Shown: piece after piece, positions 38,627 through 56,378 of the stretch
Layout: the number at the start of each line of letters is the position of its first letter
Position numbering within the stretch: the stretch's first letter is position 1
Assembly: GCF_009914755.1 (NCBI RefSeq)
Contig: NC_060940.1
From: the human T2T-CHM13v2.0 reference genome, Homo sapiens
Strand: one strand, 5' to 3'
DNA: 64,000 nt
Notes under the pieces: model-generated
What the model saw: only the letters and a program-made list of their open reading frames with translations
The model's database searches: none
Told to the model about the DNA's origin: nothing
Position numbers and translations under genes: made by a program

Positions 38627-41600
38627 TAGTAGGGATGGGGTTTCACCACGTTAGCCAGACTGGTCTCGAACTCCTGACCTCAGATGATCCACCCACCTTG
38701 ACCTCACTTACAGGCGTGAGCCACCGCGCCTTGTCTCTGTTATATTTATTTCTCTATTTAAATTGATGGATATATGCAAACCTGATCATTATCATACTTA
38801 TGCCTTGACACAAGAGAGGCAATAAACTAATCTAAGTGATGCTTGTGATGCCAAAGATGTCAGAACACTTTCTGGGCCAATGGCAGATACCTCATGTCAC
38901 CAGATGCTAAGGGTCCACAATAAAAAGCGTTGAATGAAAATTTTGAGGATAAATATCTCCAGGTTGAGGAAGAAGGTTGCACATATCGGGTGCTCAATAA
39001 ATATTTGTCGAATGAATGAATGAGTGAATGGCCCCAGTGTGTGGGGCTTGGGAAGTGATTGGATATAGGCAGAGAAAAGGAACAAGTCAAAAATAATTCA
39101 GAAATCAAGAACAAGCAAGTTGCCTTGATATACTTCATTCCTACACTTGGCAAACTTTAGTGATTAAGGAAACAATGTTTTAAAAAAAGTTTTGGTGATG
39201 AGACATTCAGGAAGATCTATCAATAAATAGCAAACCTGGTCCTTTTTAAGACACTGTGTATAAAAAAATTCCAAAAAGATTAAAATCAGTGCAGAAACCA
39301 AAGAACCATTTTTTTCTATATCATATTGATCATTTCAAGTGGAACTGTTAGCTATCTTAGAAAAATTGTGGTTCTCAATTGGTTTTGCCTCTATCTCTGA
39401 ACCACCATTCCTAAAGGAAAACATTCAACCAGAAAATTTCAGCACATCACAATCTCTCTGAAGATTAAGAAGTCTCTGTGAAGGACTGAATGTATAAATT
39501 GAAAAATTTTTGCTGTCACATTTAGGTAAAAGAGAAATCGTTCTTCATATCCCCTTCCTTTCCATCTGTAGCTCACCTATGTCAACTTTCCTCTCAGAAG
39601 TGAAATAAAATTAAAGCTATGACACTGAGTGTCAGTCATGGAGGGACACGTTCCCCACTTAGCCTTTGCTGAAGTGTTTCCAGAGACAACTGTCTAATGC
39701 CAGGTCCCCACTTAGTGGGCTGCACTTTTCTACTCATTTGCACATAATCCAGAAGTCACATTTTGGGTTCACAGTTTCCACTGGGGTAACCTCATTAGGC
39801 CTGGCCACCTCTGTGCTTCTTGTGAAGTCTCTGATTTGAAGGATTAGTATCCTTTCCAGACTGTGTGGGTTGACTTTCACCCATCTGGAGTTGCTTGGAA
39901 CAAAGATAACTACCTCAACTCCTTGTCATGAAAGCAAAAAAAAAATAGCATTAGAGTTCTGAGAACAGGATGTCATTACGGGTTGTGCCTTGTCAGCTAC
40001 AGGTAAGATATTTGAGTGGCTCCTCAAGCCTCCCCAACTCCCTCTCCAACCTCGCTACACAGTCTTCCCAGGTCTGGTATTTGACCTCCAGACTGCCGCC
40101 CAGAAAGCAACTCAGAGCTCAGCAACACCATGATGATGAAACACAAATATGTGGGCCCCCAACTTTGGAGACTCCACTGGTTGCTTTTGTGCAGCTCTTT
40201 CTATATATGACTTTCAAAATGGCAGCCAACCCTCTCAACTGTTGGTTGATCTGAATATGTAAAGTTCAGCCTTCAAACCCAGCAAACAGTCAGCTATAGG
40301 ATAGAGTTCAGGTGCTGGGGAATGACCACGGTTGGCTGCTACGTTGGGAACCCTGGTGACATCATATATGGACCTGGGAATGTAAAGAAACGTAGGAAAT
40401 CTGAATTTATGACTTTTCTAATCTCTCTATCGGGATCCTTTTTTGGAATCAAGATGATTTTCCTTCTAAAAGGTCATTTTATTACAGTAATGGGCAGGGT
40501 AGACATACCTCACTAGCGTACTCTCAAAATTTCTTGCATGCATATGCTTTCTCCGGCATGCATATGCTTTCTACTACAATGTGAACAAGCCTACGAAAGC
40601 TAGCCTAATGGAGGATGAGAGACCACGTGGAGGAGAGCTGAAGTGCCCCAGCCAGCAGCTAGCCTACACCCACAGCTATTTTGCTTGTGTTCCACTCGTC
40701 CTATTTGCATAATATTGTTCTTTAAGTTAACCCATTCTTAATTTATTGTTTTAATCTTAAGCAATAATATTCAAGAACTAATGAGTTTTGTGTATTCATT
40801 ATATTTTTCCATAATATATATTATACTAATAAATGCCCATTCAAATTTTTGTTTGAGTGCTCAAGTGGGTATCATTTAAAATAATCTTATATACTATATA
40901 TAACAGCCAAGGTTTGGGCAACACAACAGAAACTGCATGAGTTTATTTTATCAGAATTTTTTAAACGGTATGGGAGAACTAAAAAAGTAAAAAAGGGAAC
41001 CCTTGAGTTAACAAGGAGATAAGAACTACGTAAAGCAGTTACTGTCCTGAAGGAATAAAGGGAAGAGCATGGGGTTATTAGAACCTAGAAGTTTGGAACC
41101 ACCAGGAGCTGGGACCCTATGAGGAGAGGGTTGGCCCCTGACAATGCTGGTGTCTCTAAGGGAGCTCCTGAGGCTGATTCTAGCAGTGTAGGGAAAGAAA
41201 CTGGAAACTGGAACAATTTCCTCTGTAATCAATGACCCTTGCCAGGGTAAAGAATCACTGCTGAAGAGATGCTACTGGAAAAGCAAGCAAACAAAAAGGA
41301 GGGTGTCCCTTCCCCTTCTTCCTTCCTTCCAGTCTCCCTCATGACAGAGCATCTGGCTGGTGACGGGAAAAGGTGCTCCACAGAGCACCACCCCAACATC
41401 ACACGGGCATCTGCTGACCCACAGCTGACTGCAGATGAGGAAGCTCAGCCTAGGTCACACAAACGCCTCCCAGCTGAGTCTAGCCTAAATTGCCAACCTG
41501 CCAAATCATGAACTAATAAGTGACTATTGTTTTAAGCCACTACCTTTAAGGGAATTCAGTATGCAGCAATAGCTATCTGATCCATATAGGCCTACAAGGC

Positions 41601-41884
41601 TATAGAAAAACTATCACATGTAATCCCAGCACTTTGGGAGGCCAGGGCGGGTGGATCAACTGAGGTCAGGAGTTCGAGACCAGCCTGACCAACATGGAGA
41701 AACCTCGTCCCTACTAAAAACACAAAATTAGCCAGGCATGGTGGTGCATGCCTGTAATCCCAGCTACTTGGGAGGCTGAGGCAGGAGAATCACTTGAACC
41801 TGGGAGGCAGAGGTTTCAGTGAGCCAAGATCGCACCATTGCACTCCAGCCTGGGCAAAAAGAGCGAAACTCTGTCAAAAAAAAG

Positions 41885-41915
<31 letters not shown>

Positions 41916-42521
41916 AAGCAGAGAGGCTACTGCAGAGAAAAGTCTAGAAGGATGGGTTCATGGGTTCATCGAGAGACAATAGCTTAACAACCAGCACACC
42001 ATAGTTGGCAAAACACTATCATTGAAAAAAAAACATGCTCAAAAGGGGAAATGCCAGTTTGGGTAAATATGCTTTTGTGTTGGAGAGAAAGAATTTGGAA
42101 CAGGCTTTTCAGACCCCCTTAAGGCCCAACAAACAAATTATAATTTAGACAAGTCTGGGATTCTTCACAGCTCAGCTTGTGGTGATGGTATTAGCTTCAC
42201 AACTCCAAACAAGTTAAGCTGTCTGTGTGAAATCTCCTCAACAACACCTCACTGGCAAACCTGGAGGTGCTGAAAACAGAGCTTTCAATTCTTGTTTGCA
42301 ACCAAGGGAGTTGAGTTGGCAGATGGGCACTGTGTCCAGCCTTGGGAAAGGACATCGCAGACTTTGCATCCTAAGAACTCATAACCACAACGGCAAGGTA
42401 AGACACAAGCTCTTGAAAGTTTCCATCACAGTGCAGCACAAATGACCTTGGCTATGTGCCCTGTTATTGCTGGTCCCTGCTTAAAAATCTCCTGTGACTT
42501 CCAACCACACAAATTTCCTAC

Positions 42522-43040
42522 CTGGTTGCAAAAATGCCCTTGATAATTCACCCCTCCCTCTATCTTGCCCCCTTTACAATGTGGCTTGGCAGCTCCTCCC
42601 ATCAAGAGTTAAAATCTATTTCCTCACCCCTTGAATCTAGGCTGGCCATGGGACTTGCTTTGGCCAATAGATGTGGCAGAAATTATGGCGTGACAGTTCT
42701 AAGCATGAGTCTCAAGAGGCTTTGCATGCAGCAACTTTCTCTTAGAACCCTGCCACCATGTGAACAATCCTGCCTGGGCTAGCCTAATGGAGGATGAGAG
42801 ACCATGTGGAAGAGAGCTGAGGTGCCCCAGCCAACAACCAGCCTACCCCAGAAGCAGAGGCATCTGCTGACCCACAGCTGACTCCAGATGCATAAGGGAG
42901 CTCAGCCTAGATCCAGAACGCCTCCCAGCTGAGTCTAGCCTAGACTGCCAGCCTGCCAAATCATGAAGTAATAAGGGACTATTGTTTTAAGTCACTACCT
43001 TTTGGGGGAATTTGATATGCAACAATAGCTCTCTGATACA
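42522..43040 (+). mobile_element. MLT1 (F/G/H-like) MaLR LTR; partial second copy at ~40580-40670 and 41405-41585
   Basis: ctcccatcaagag...cccttgaatctaggctggcc...ttgctttggccaataga...tgttttaagtcactac...gcaacaatagctctctgataca. Confidence 0.75.
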
Positions 43041-43132
43041 TATAGGCCTACAAGTCTATAGAAAAACTATGCTGCCTCTCTCTCCAGCCACACAATTTCT
43101 TTCTCTTCTCATTTACTATTCTAATTCCTCTG

Positions 43133-43466
43133 TGTTATAGTCTGTGTCCCAAAATTCATGTCAAAATCCTAATCTCCAAGGTAATGGTATTAGAAGGTAA
43201 ATCTTTGGTAGGTGATCAGGTCATGAGGGTGGAGCCCTCATGAATGGGATTAGTAACCTTATAAAAGAGAACCCAGAGAGCTCATTTGCTGCTTCTGCCA
43301 TGTGAAGATACAGTGAAAAAAGAAGCAGGCCCTTGCCAGATACGAGTTTGCCAATGCCTTGATCTTGGAATTCCCAGCCTCCAGAACTGTGAGCAGTAAG
43401 TTTCTATTGTTTATAAGCTACCCAGCCTATGGCATTTTGTTACGGCAGCCTGAATGGACTAAGACA
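43133..43466 (+). mobile_element. MLT1A/MST-like MaLR LTR
   Basis: caaaattcatgtcaaaatcctaatc...ggtcatgagggtggagccctcatgaatgggattagt...cagcctgaatggactaagaca. Confidence 0.8.
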
Positions 43467-43999
43467 GTCTACCTAGACCATTATTTCCCTTTCATCATCC
43501 ACCAGCCAATTCCAGCACATCTTTTAGATCTCAGCTTAAATACTCCCTCCAAGACCTCCCTCTATCTCTAATATGAATGAAATCCATATCTCAAGTTCTT
43601 CACAGAATCCTCTACTCTTTCCTTCATGGCATTTGTCATAATTTGTAATTATATATCTAGCAAAGTTCTTTGTTGTTAAACATCTACCTCCTCCACTCTC
43701 CTAGAAACTCCACAAGGACATCCCTGCACCCAGTGCCTAGGCAATGCCAGACACATAGCAGATGCTCCATTAATTATCTGTCGAATGACTGAATGGCTTC
43801 CAAGTTAGTTAACTGGGCACCCTTGATAACAGATTCTGGCCTATTTGAAGGATCAAAGAAGAAAGTGGTGCTACCTTCTCCCCTGCCACTATCTTGCCCA
43901 CTTGTGGTGCCAGTTCAGGAGGTTTGGAATGGATGTGGCTAATGATAGACGTAGACCTATTGCCTTTCTTGGATCATAATTCTGCCAGGCTCTGAGTCC

Positions 44000-44500
44000 A
44001 TGTGGCATCGATGGCTAATTGTCCTCCAAAATTTATCCTCTCTTCTTCCATTTATACCCTCCCATGGAGTTTTAACAGGGCATGTGGTCACCCTACTGGG
44101 ATCTCACTTCTCAGCTTCCCTTGCAACTGGATGTGGCCTTGTGACTAAATTCTCATGAACAGAATGTGAGTGCAAGTGATGTGTCAGTATCTTCATCACT
44201 TTCCTAAAAAGGGAACTGCTGGTCCTCCACTTCCTCTCTTTCACCCTTCCAATGAGCCAGAACATGCATGTGATGCTGGTGAGTCAGCTTCAGTCACATG
44301 AATAAAAACAAACTCCAGGAGATGACTAAGCAATAAGACAGAAGGAACCCAAGTCCCTAGACGAGTTCACAGAACCAAGCTACCTATCCAACCCTGGGCC
44401 CACCTGGATTATAACATGAGAAAAACATAAGTCCTAATCATATTTTTGAAGCACTGCATTTTAGGGCTTCTTTGTGACAGCAGCCTACCCTCTAGTCTAA
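44000..44500 (+). mobile_element. Old MLT1 (J/K-like) LTR
   Basis: cagcttcccttgcaactggatgtggccttgtgactaaattct...gaagcactgcattttagggcttctttgtgacagcagcct. Confidence 0.6.
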
Positions 44501-44531
44501 TCAATATACCTCACCAAGTCTCCTGCTCCTA

Positions 44532-44955
<424 letters not shown>

Positions 44956-45539
44956 TCAACTTGCCCCTGTCATCAGACAGGACAAATTCCCCACTGGTCC
45001 TTTGCACTCACAGCTGTTACATTTGAAATGGGAGCTTAGCCTTCCCTGCCCTGGTTCCTCCTTAGACTCATTTGGGAAAACAGGAAACGTAATTATTTCT
45101 GCCATTACCTTTATCTCATGGAGCCTGACAGAGTGTAACCAATGGTAGGAATTAAAACATTCTAATTGCCAACTCACAACAACTCCCGAAAAAAATCATT
45201 TTAACTCATTATACATATTAAATTATGACATGCTTAATGTCCAAACCTAATAGATTCAGTACTCAGGAAATCCCTTATACAGGTAGACACCTTTCCTCCT
45301 GTACTTTAAGAAAATCTTACATCAATATGCGGGACTTCTCAAATTTTTCTATCACAGTTTTCTTAATAGGAAGGAGAATTTGTGCCAAAAGATGTATGGA
45401 AATTTAGCACAAAGTAGCCCTCTACAAGCGGAGGATTTCTTTAAAGCATTGTGTTTTATCTCAAGATTCCATGGCAAATGTTTATCTTCTCTGCTTGTTT
45501 TAGTATGAAATAGTTTTCATTTGCTTGTCATCATTTTTA

Positions 45540-47350
<1,811 letters not shown>

Positions 47351-48736
47351 CATGTAATTACACCCTGTCTTTAAAAATCATTAAAGATGTTTAATTGTTC
47401 TGATGAAGGAATACATTACTTGCCATCAAGAAAAATGAATGAAAAATTTTCTGCGAGACAATTTTTAGCAAGACACTGTTGTATTGATCATTCAAGTTCA
47501 GAAAATTCAGCCTCCGTCAAGGGGCACAAACATCATATATCAGGTTCAGTTTGTCCTCTCTCTCAGAGTCAAAGTGCTTTAGGAACATAGACACAATAAG
47601 TTTCTGGAACCAAATGGCAAATATCAAAACTTGCTAGAACAGGAGAAAAGTGTATCTTATTGAAAATTCACCAGCTGCTATACCATTCAGCATTGGGAAA
47701 ATCAGCATACCTTCTTAGACTTCATTATTTTAAAGATGGCAAAATAGCCAAGTCATGGATGTCTCCCCCTTTCATCAAAATGTAAAGAACTAGCTGCCTC
47801 TGGGACTCTCCACCAATTTTCAAGCACGTCTTTTGAACCCATTTGATGGTGTCACTCAATAAGGGCACCTTTTTCAACTTGGCTGCCTCTTTTTGACCCA
47901 AAATAATTTCAACCCTTTTCTGCAGCTCCGGGCTTCACCAGGCTTTCTATTATTGCATATACCTTTCATAGTGATTCTAAACCGACCTCGAATGAAGAGA
48001 CAAATGATTTTTTATCTATTGGTTTGATTGCACTTCTCCTTGTACTGCTCCAAGACAAGGCTTGTCTTTTGAGTTGCAAAAAATACTAGCGCTCTATTTC
48101 CAAAGTCAAACAAGTGGCTTTTCAATGTCTCTGCAAGTGTTTTGTTTCATGCAGTCAGTGCTGACTTTTCTCGATGGAGAGACATATGGTTTGGGCCCAT
48201 TTTAGCAACTCTATAATAAAACTGATTATAAAAATAAGCATCTAAGAATATCTTAGGCTTTTAAGATTGACACCACTGCTTGCTACTCAATTGCTAGTTG
48301 TGGTTGGCAGTGCACGCAGTGTCTTTGTGGTCAAGTTCATTGTGGCAAGCTCAGAGGTCATGTCAGATCACAACACAGGGACTTTGAATTGGGTGGACAT
48401 CCATTCATTACGTGGCACACGTCACGAGCTTCAAGGTTTTGCTTCAAAAACTCTTCTGTCTTCTAGGTGAAAGTATAAGTTTAAACTTACTGCTCTTTAA
48501 GAAAGTAAATGAAAAATGACACTAAAGTCCCAAAAGCCAGAATTGTCAGCAATCCTAGGTGCAGTTCATTCATTCATTCATTCACGTATTCATTCAATAA
48601 ATATTTATGGAGGGCCTATTTACCTGGCAGCACTTCATGAGGCCCTGGAAATACAATAGTGAGCAATAAAAACACACTCCTTCACCAGGTGGAGCTATAG
48701 TCTACTAGGGAGATATAGATGTTAAACAAATTATCA

Positions 48737-49210
<474 letters not shown>

Positions 49211-50517
49211 TTAAGTAGCAAGGAGAGCATGAGTAAAGACCACGGAGAAGGAAAGCGAGGATGCAGTTAGAGACATGAAAGGACTGCATTGGTGGGGCAC
49301 CGGGATGAAGGAGATGATGAAGAAGATGTAACCAGAAAGGCTGGCAGGGACAAGGTCATGCTGGGTCTTGCAGGCCAGCATGAGCACTTGAGATTCTTAA
49401 AGTAATTGCAAGGGAGCCTTTGAGGGTTTTAATGAGGGCAGTATCTTTATCAGATGTGCACTTGTTTGGGGTTTCTCTGGATTTTGTTGAAAGAACAATT
49501 TAAGCAGAAGGCAGATTAGGAAATAGGAGAATCGAGAGGCTGTATATGTTGAGACGCAGTGGTAGTCTAGGGTGACAATGCAGGAAATGGGAAGCAGTGG
49601 ATGAACTGGGGATATGTTTTGAAGGTAGAATAGATGATGGCTGGGAAGACAGTGACTATTCAAGGGCAGGGGGGTTGGGGGAGGTATCAAGAATGTTTAG
49701 AATATAGCTAACCACATACCCTTTTAGAAACAGTCTTCTCTGAACATTTCTCCTGTCTCCAAGCCTCAGTTTCCTCATCTATGAAATAAGAACACTACTA
49801 CTTCCTTTTTAAGGTTGTTAAACTGGTTAAATGAGATTATGCAGGGAAAGCATCACTAGTCAGTGCTCAAAAATGTGCTTTTTAAATTTCCTCCCTTTGC
49901 CTCTTATTCTCAACTTTGTCCTTTGTAATATTATTGTTCTTTAAGTGGGCTTGGTTTTGTCCTATCTTTGCCCATTCACTCACTGCTCCCCATCCACCCA
50001 AATCCCCTCTGTATTCTGTTTATGCAAGACTGAGTTTACCCCTTCTCAGTCCATTGACTTATCTCTCCTCACTCATTGACTTGTCCCAGGCAATTTATTC
50101 TGCAATCTTGGACAAAAATCTGGATTTTCAGCCAGGTGCAGTGGCTCACACCTGTAAACCCAGCACTTTGGGAGGCCAAGGCGGGTAGATCATTTGAGGT
50201 CAGGAGTTTGAGACCAGCCTGACCAACATGACGAAACCCTGTCTCTACTAGAAATACAAAAATTAGCTGGGTGTGGTGACGTGTGCCTGTAATTCCAGGC
50301 ATGCCTGTAATCCCAGCTACTCGGGAGGCTGAGGCAGGAGAATCGCTTGAACCCAGGAGACGGAGGTTGCAGTCAGGCGAGCTCACGCCACTGTATTCCA
50401 GCCTGGGCAACAAAGCGAGACTTCATCTCAAAAAAAAATAATAATAATTCATTATGTAATCCAGCTTTGAAACACTCTTTGGCTACACTTTTGTATGCTT
50501 TAAGGAGGAACAAAACA

Positions 50518-50882
50518 CAGATGGTCTCCAACTTACATTGGTTAAATCTACAATTTTTCAGCTTTACAATGGTGCAAAAACAATGTGCATTCAGTAGAAA
50601 CTGTACTTCAAGTACCCATACAACCATTCTGGTTTGCCCCTTCAGTACAATGTTCAATGAATTATGTGAGATATTCAACACTTTATTATAAAACAGGCTT
50701 TATTTTAGATGATTTTGCCCAACCTTAGGCTAATGTAAGTGTTCTAAGCATGTTTAAGGTAGGCTAGGCTAAGCTATGATGTTCAGTAGGTTAGGTGTAT
50801 TAAAGCAAGTTTTACTTAAGATATTTTCAAGTTACAGTGGGTTTATTGAGATGCAACCTCATTGTAAGTCAAGGAACATCTG
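50518..50882 (-). mobile_element. Tigger-family MITE (MER47A-like), apparently complete
   Basis: Terminal inverted repeats CAGATG...acttac / gtaagt...CATCTG followed by TA; internal taggctaggctaagctatgatgttc. Confidence 0.75.
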
Positions 50883-51065
50883 TACTTCAGAAGTCATCAA
50901 AGCTGCATGAGCAGGACACAAGTCATATGAAAAGCCAGGTAGACATAATGCTATAAAAAATCCCTCCATTGGGCCGGGCACGGTGGCTCATGCCTGTAAT
51001 CCCAGCACTTTGGGAGGCCGGGGAGGGTGGATCACGAGGTCAGGAGATTGAGACCATCCTGACTA

Positions 51066-51276
<211 letters not shown>

Positions 51277-52454
51277 TCAGAGTGTGAGCTTCCAGCTCAT
51301 TATCCCAGAAGCCCGAGATAGCAGCAGTTCTCAGATCTTGTGATAAAGGTCATCTCCTATCCTGGGGCTCTCAGGACCATAATGCAAGAGTCTCCCTCTA
51401 AACCTGCCAGCCCCAGGGCTTTTCCCGCCTTCCTCATCCTAAGTCCTGAAAAGTTCACTGGGCCAAATGGTGAACCACGCACTTATTGCCCCATAACCCT
51501 TGGTACAAATGTCTCCAAATATATCCATCAAGCCTACAGGTAGTACTGAGAATAACAACAGTAGCTAACATTGATTGGACACTTCTAAGCCCCTTAAATC
51601 CATTATCTTACTTAATTCTCACAACACTGATCAAGAGTTGGATAAAATAATCCACTCTCAAGCCAGCAAATCTAAACCAGCCACTCTTCCGTATGGATTC
51701 CTGCTCTTATGGTAACAAGGGCTTGCCTTCCCCACCTTTATTCTTAACCCTTCTGGAAAACCTCTGCTCCTCCTTTTCTGAGATGGAAAAATTTATAAGT
51801 GAAAAACCATTCCATCTTTCGAGGTGTGGAGGGAGGAAAACAATCACTCCTGCCTTCAACTAAGAGTGTGAAAAATAAGCTTAACTAAACCTGAAATACA
51901 TTTTCAAATGCCTTTGAAAAGACTTATAAATCAAATCACATTTGTCCATCTCTCTGCTCTTCAAAATTATCATGCATGCACCTGAAGTTTAAGCAAAGAA
52001 ATCCATTAAACAAACAAACCTAAAATCATAAAACCCAGATTTAGAGATTTATCCGCTCAGTCTAATGAATGCCCAATTCAGAATACAATTTTGTCTTCAA
52101 AGAGCCCTGAAGGTTCTTATCTTTCTTATCTTTCTATAGTGTTAACAGAAATATTACATCTTTGAAAAGAAGAAAAACATTATTCCCAGAGCTAAAACAG
52201 AAAAGGCTTTGAACTATTTTAGGGATAAATCAACTCACAGTTACCAATAAACCAAAAAGAATAAAAAAGACTGTTTCAAACCAAGTTGACTACTCTTACA
52301 TATATTCAAGTGTCAACTTACAAATCAGTCTTTAAATATACACGTACACTTTCTAACTCTCCTGAAATGTCACCCAAGCCCCCATTCAATCAGCTAAAAA
52401 CAATTTAATTCTTTCTCTAGGGAGGAAATCAGGTTATCAGATAAGTAAACCTTA

Positions 52455-52709
<255 letters not shown>

Positions 52710-52822
52710 TTACCTACCATTGTCTCTCGGGCTTCAACCTTATTTGAAAGTCTTAATTTGCAGTTCCACATACTGCAAACACAAGACCCAGTCTTTCTGG
52801 TTCTTATTTTACCTGGAGATTA

Positions 52823-52945
<123 letters not shown>

Positions 52946-53662
52946 CTACTAAAAATACAAAAATCATCCGGGTGTGGTGGTGTGTGCCGACAGTCCCAGC
53001 TACTCAGGTAGCTGAGGCATAAGAATCGCTTGAAACCAGGAGGCAGAGGTTGCAGTGAGCTGAAATCTCACCACTGCACTCCAGCCTGGGCAACAAGGCA
53101 AGACTGTCTCCAAAAAAAAAATTAAGTTTCTGTCTTACAATATCATAAGAAAATGGCTGGACAGGTTTTCACCAAAGTTGGAGGGTACTTTTGTGATGGG
53201 TTTGGTTTAAATTGGTTTAAAATATAAGACACATAGTCCATAGAGAATTCACCTATGGACTATGCTGCTAAGAGAATCTCAAAGAGATGCACTGTTATGC
53301 TCCAGAGTTTTGTGAGAGGCCACTAAGGTCAGGAGACACATGCCATATATATCAAGATGCTGTCAACAGAGAAAACCAGTGAGGTTTCAAACAGAAGCCC
53401 CGCTCCATTCAACCAGGCAGCCACTCCTCATTGCAGGTGCTGACCTGGGCTTTGGCTGCTTCTCACATGGGCAACTCTATACACTCTATTCCTGGGAGAA
53501 GGGCAGCAAAGACCCACTTATTAAATGATGTTTAACAATCCTCGGCCGGGCGCGGTGGCTCACGCCTATAATCCCAGCACTTTGGGAGGCCGAGGTGGGC
53601 GGATCATGAGGTCAGGAGATCGAGACCATCCTGGCTAACAAGGTGAAACCCTCTCTCTACTA

Positions 53663-53905
<243 letters not shown>

Positions 53906-54079
53906 TCATATTTGTGTAAGCTACCCTCCGGAGTCTACAAGTTAAAAGGCACACTTTAATCAATTTGGCAACTTGCATGGCATTTTCCTCCACTATTTGT
54001 AGGATGCTGGTATCTCCTTAACAGCTACTGTTTTCCTATGCAACACACAATGACTTCTTGAACACATGGCAGCTTTTCA

Positions 54080-54660
54080 TTTGTTCATTTAACAAATACT
54101 TATTGAGTTACTACTATGTGCCAAACACCATTATAAAGGTACTGAGGATACAGCGGTGAACAAGATGGACAAAAATCCCTGCCTTTGTACTACATTCTTG
54201 AGTGGGTGTGAGGAGACAATGAACCAAAGAATGAACAAACTGTGTATTGTGCAGGTGTGTCATGGGAAAAAAATGAAGGAGGGAAGAAAAGCGGAAAAGC
54301 AGAAAATGTCAGGAATGCACTTCCGTGGCGGGTGGCCAGACAGGTGGCCAAGAAGTGACATTTGAACTAAAGAAGGTATAAGTGAGCAAGCTATGAGGGA
54401 ATTTGGCAAAACAATTTCGGAGGCGGAGGTCACAGCCAGCAGGTGCAAAGGCCTGGGGCAGGAGTGGGTCCAGGGCATGGGACGGATGGGGAGAAGGTCA
54501 GCATGGCTGAAGGAAGTAGGGGGTAAGCTCAAACAAGTCGCAGGTGGGAAACTGAGTGTATTGGACCTTGTAGGCAATTTTAAGAACTTTAGTTTCCACT
54601 CATTAACATGGAAAACCACTGGAAGGTTTTGAGCAAAGGAATAACATAATCTGCCTTTTT
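54080..54660 (+). mobile_element. L2 fragment (other L2 remnants at ~15230-16090, ~38960-39030 and ~48560-49630)
   Basis: ttcatttaacaaatacttattgag...ctactatgtgcca...ggatacagcggtgaacaaga...gtgcaaaggcctgggg...ccactggaaggttttgagca. Confidence 0.7.
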
Positions 54661-55149
54661 TTCTTCAAATGCTGTGAAACAAATACTTATTTGACCCTAT
54701 CACCATTTCTACCTTTGGAAAGGCTATGGTGTGTTACTGGATGTTGAGGATAGCTTACTCTTCAATGTGCAGTAACCAAACTGAATTCATTCTTTCTCAA
54801 GATGAGAGAAAGATAAGCCAGGTATGGTGGCTTTCTTAGATAAGCCAGGTATGGTGGCTCACGCCTGTGAGCTGAGGCGAGAGGATCACTTGAGGCCAGG
54901 AGTTGAAGACCAGCCTGGGCAACATAGTGAGACCCCTCATCTCTTAAAAATTTTTTTTTAGTTAGCCAGACATTGTGGCATCCGCCTGTAATCCCAGCTC
55001 TTTGGGAAGCTGAAGTGAGCTATGATCACGCCACTGCACCCCAGCCTGGGTGACAGAGTGAGACCCCCATCTCTAATTTTGAAAAAAAGACTGGATAGGG
55101 CCTGGTTAATACAACTAACTCCCCAAAATTCAAGTTTTTCATATAGGTC

Positions 55150-56170
55150 TTTTTTAAAAAATAGCTTTAATTGACATAAAATTCACCCATTTAAAGTTTA
55201 CAATTCAATGGATTTTTATATATTCACAATGTAGTACAACCATCATTATAATTTTTTTTTTTTTTTTAGACAGAGTCTAGCTCTATTGTCCAGAGCTGGA
55301 GTGCAGTGGCGTGATCTCAGCTCACTGCAACCTCCATCTCCTGAGTTCAAGCGATCCTCCCACTTTGGCCTCCCAAGTAACTAGGATTACAGGCATGTGC
55401 CATCACGCCTGGCTAAGTTTTGTATTTTTAGTAGAGATGGGGTTTCACCACGTTGGCCACGCTTGTCTCAAACTCCTGGCTTCAAGTGATCCACCTGCCT
55501 CGGGTCCAAAGTGCTGGGATTACAGGCATGAGCCACAGCACCTGCCCGTAATCTACGTTAGAACTTTTTATCATCCCATCACCCATTTAAGTCTTTACCC
55601 ATTAGCCATCACTCCCCATTTTCTCAACCCTTCCCGCAAAACCCCTACCCAGCCTTGGGCAACCACTAATCTACTTTCTATACATTTGCCTATTCTGAAC
55701 ATTTCATATCAATGGAATCATACTACATGTGACATTTTGCATCTGGCTTCTTAGAATAAGATTTTCAAGGTTCGTCTATGTTGTAGCATATATCAGCACT
55801 TCAGTCCTTTTGAGTTTTTTTTTAACAATCTTTACCATTTTCAAGTGTATCGTTTCATGGCAGTAAGTATATTCACACTGTTGTGTAACCATACCCACCA
55901 TCCATCTCCAGAACTCTTGTCACCTCTCCAAACTGAAACTCTGTACCCATTAAACAACAATTCCCATTCCCCACCCCACCCCAGTCCCTGGTATGGCAAC
56001 CACCATTGTACTTTCTGTCTCTATAAATATGACTACTCATACTTCATTTTTTAAATTGCCAAGTAATGTTTCATTGTATGGATATACTGTACAACAATTT
56101 AACTATCCATTCAGCTAATGGACATTTGGGGTTTTTTTAACCTTTTGGCTATCATGAATAATGTTCTGAT
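55150..56170 (-). mobile_element. Antisense L1M 3' fragments interleaved with an Alu
   Basis: aaattcacccatttaaag...caattcaatgg, ggcaaccactaatctactttct, ccatctccagaactc...aactgaaactctgtacccattaaacaa. Confidence 0.75.
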
Positions 56171-56210
56171 ACTTCGTGTGTGTGTATAGATAGATAGATA
56201 AATTAAATAG

Positions 56211-56378
<168 letters not shown>

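Noticed and set aside
39955-40254. ORF 39970..40254 with a strong donor-like CAG|GTAAGA near 40003
   Set aside because: No recognisable homology, convincing acceptor or partner exon; cannot be supported without transcript data.
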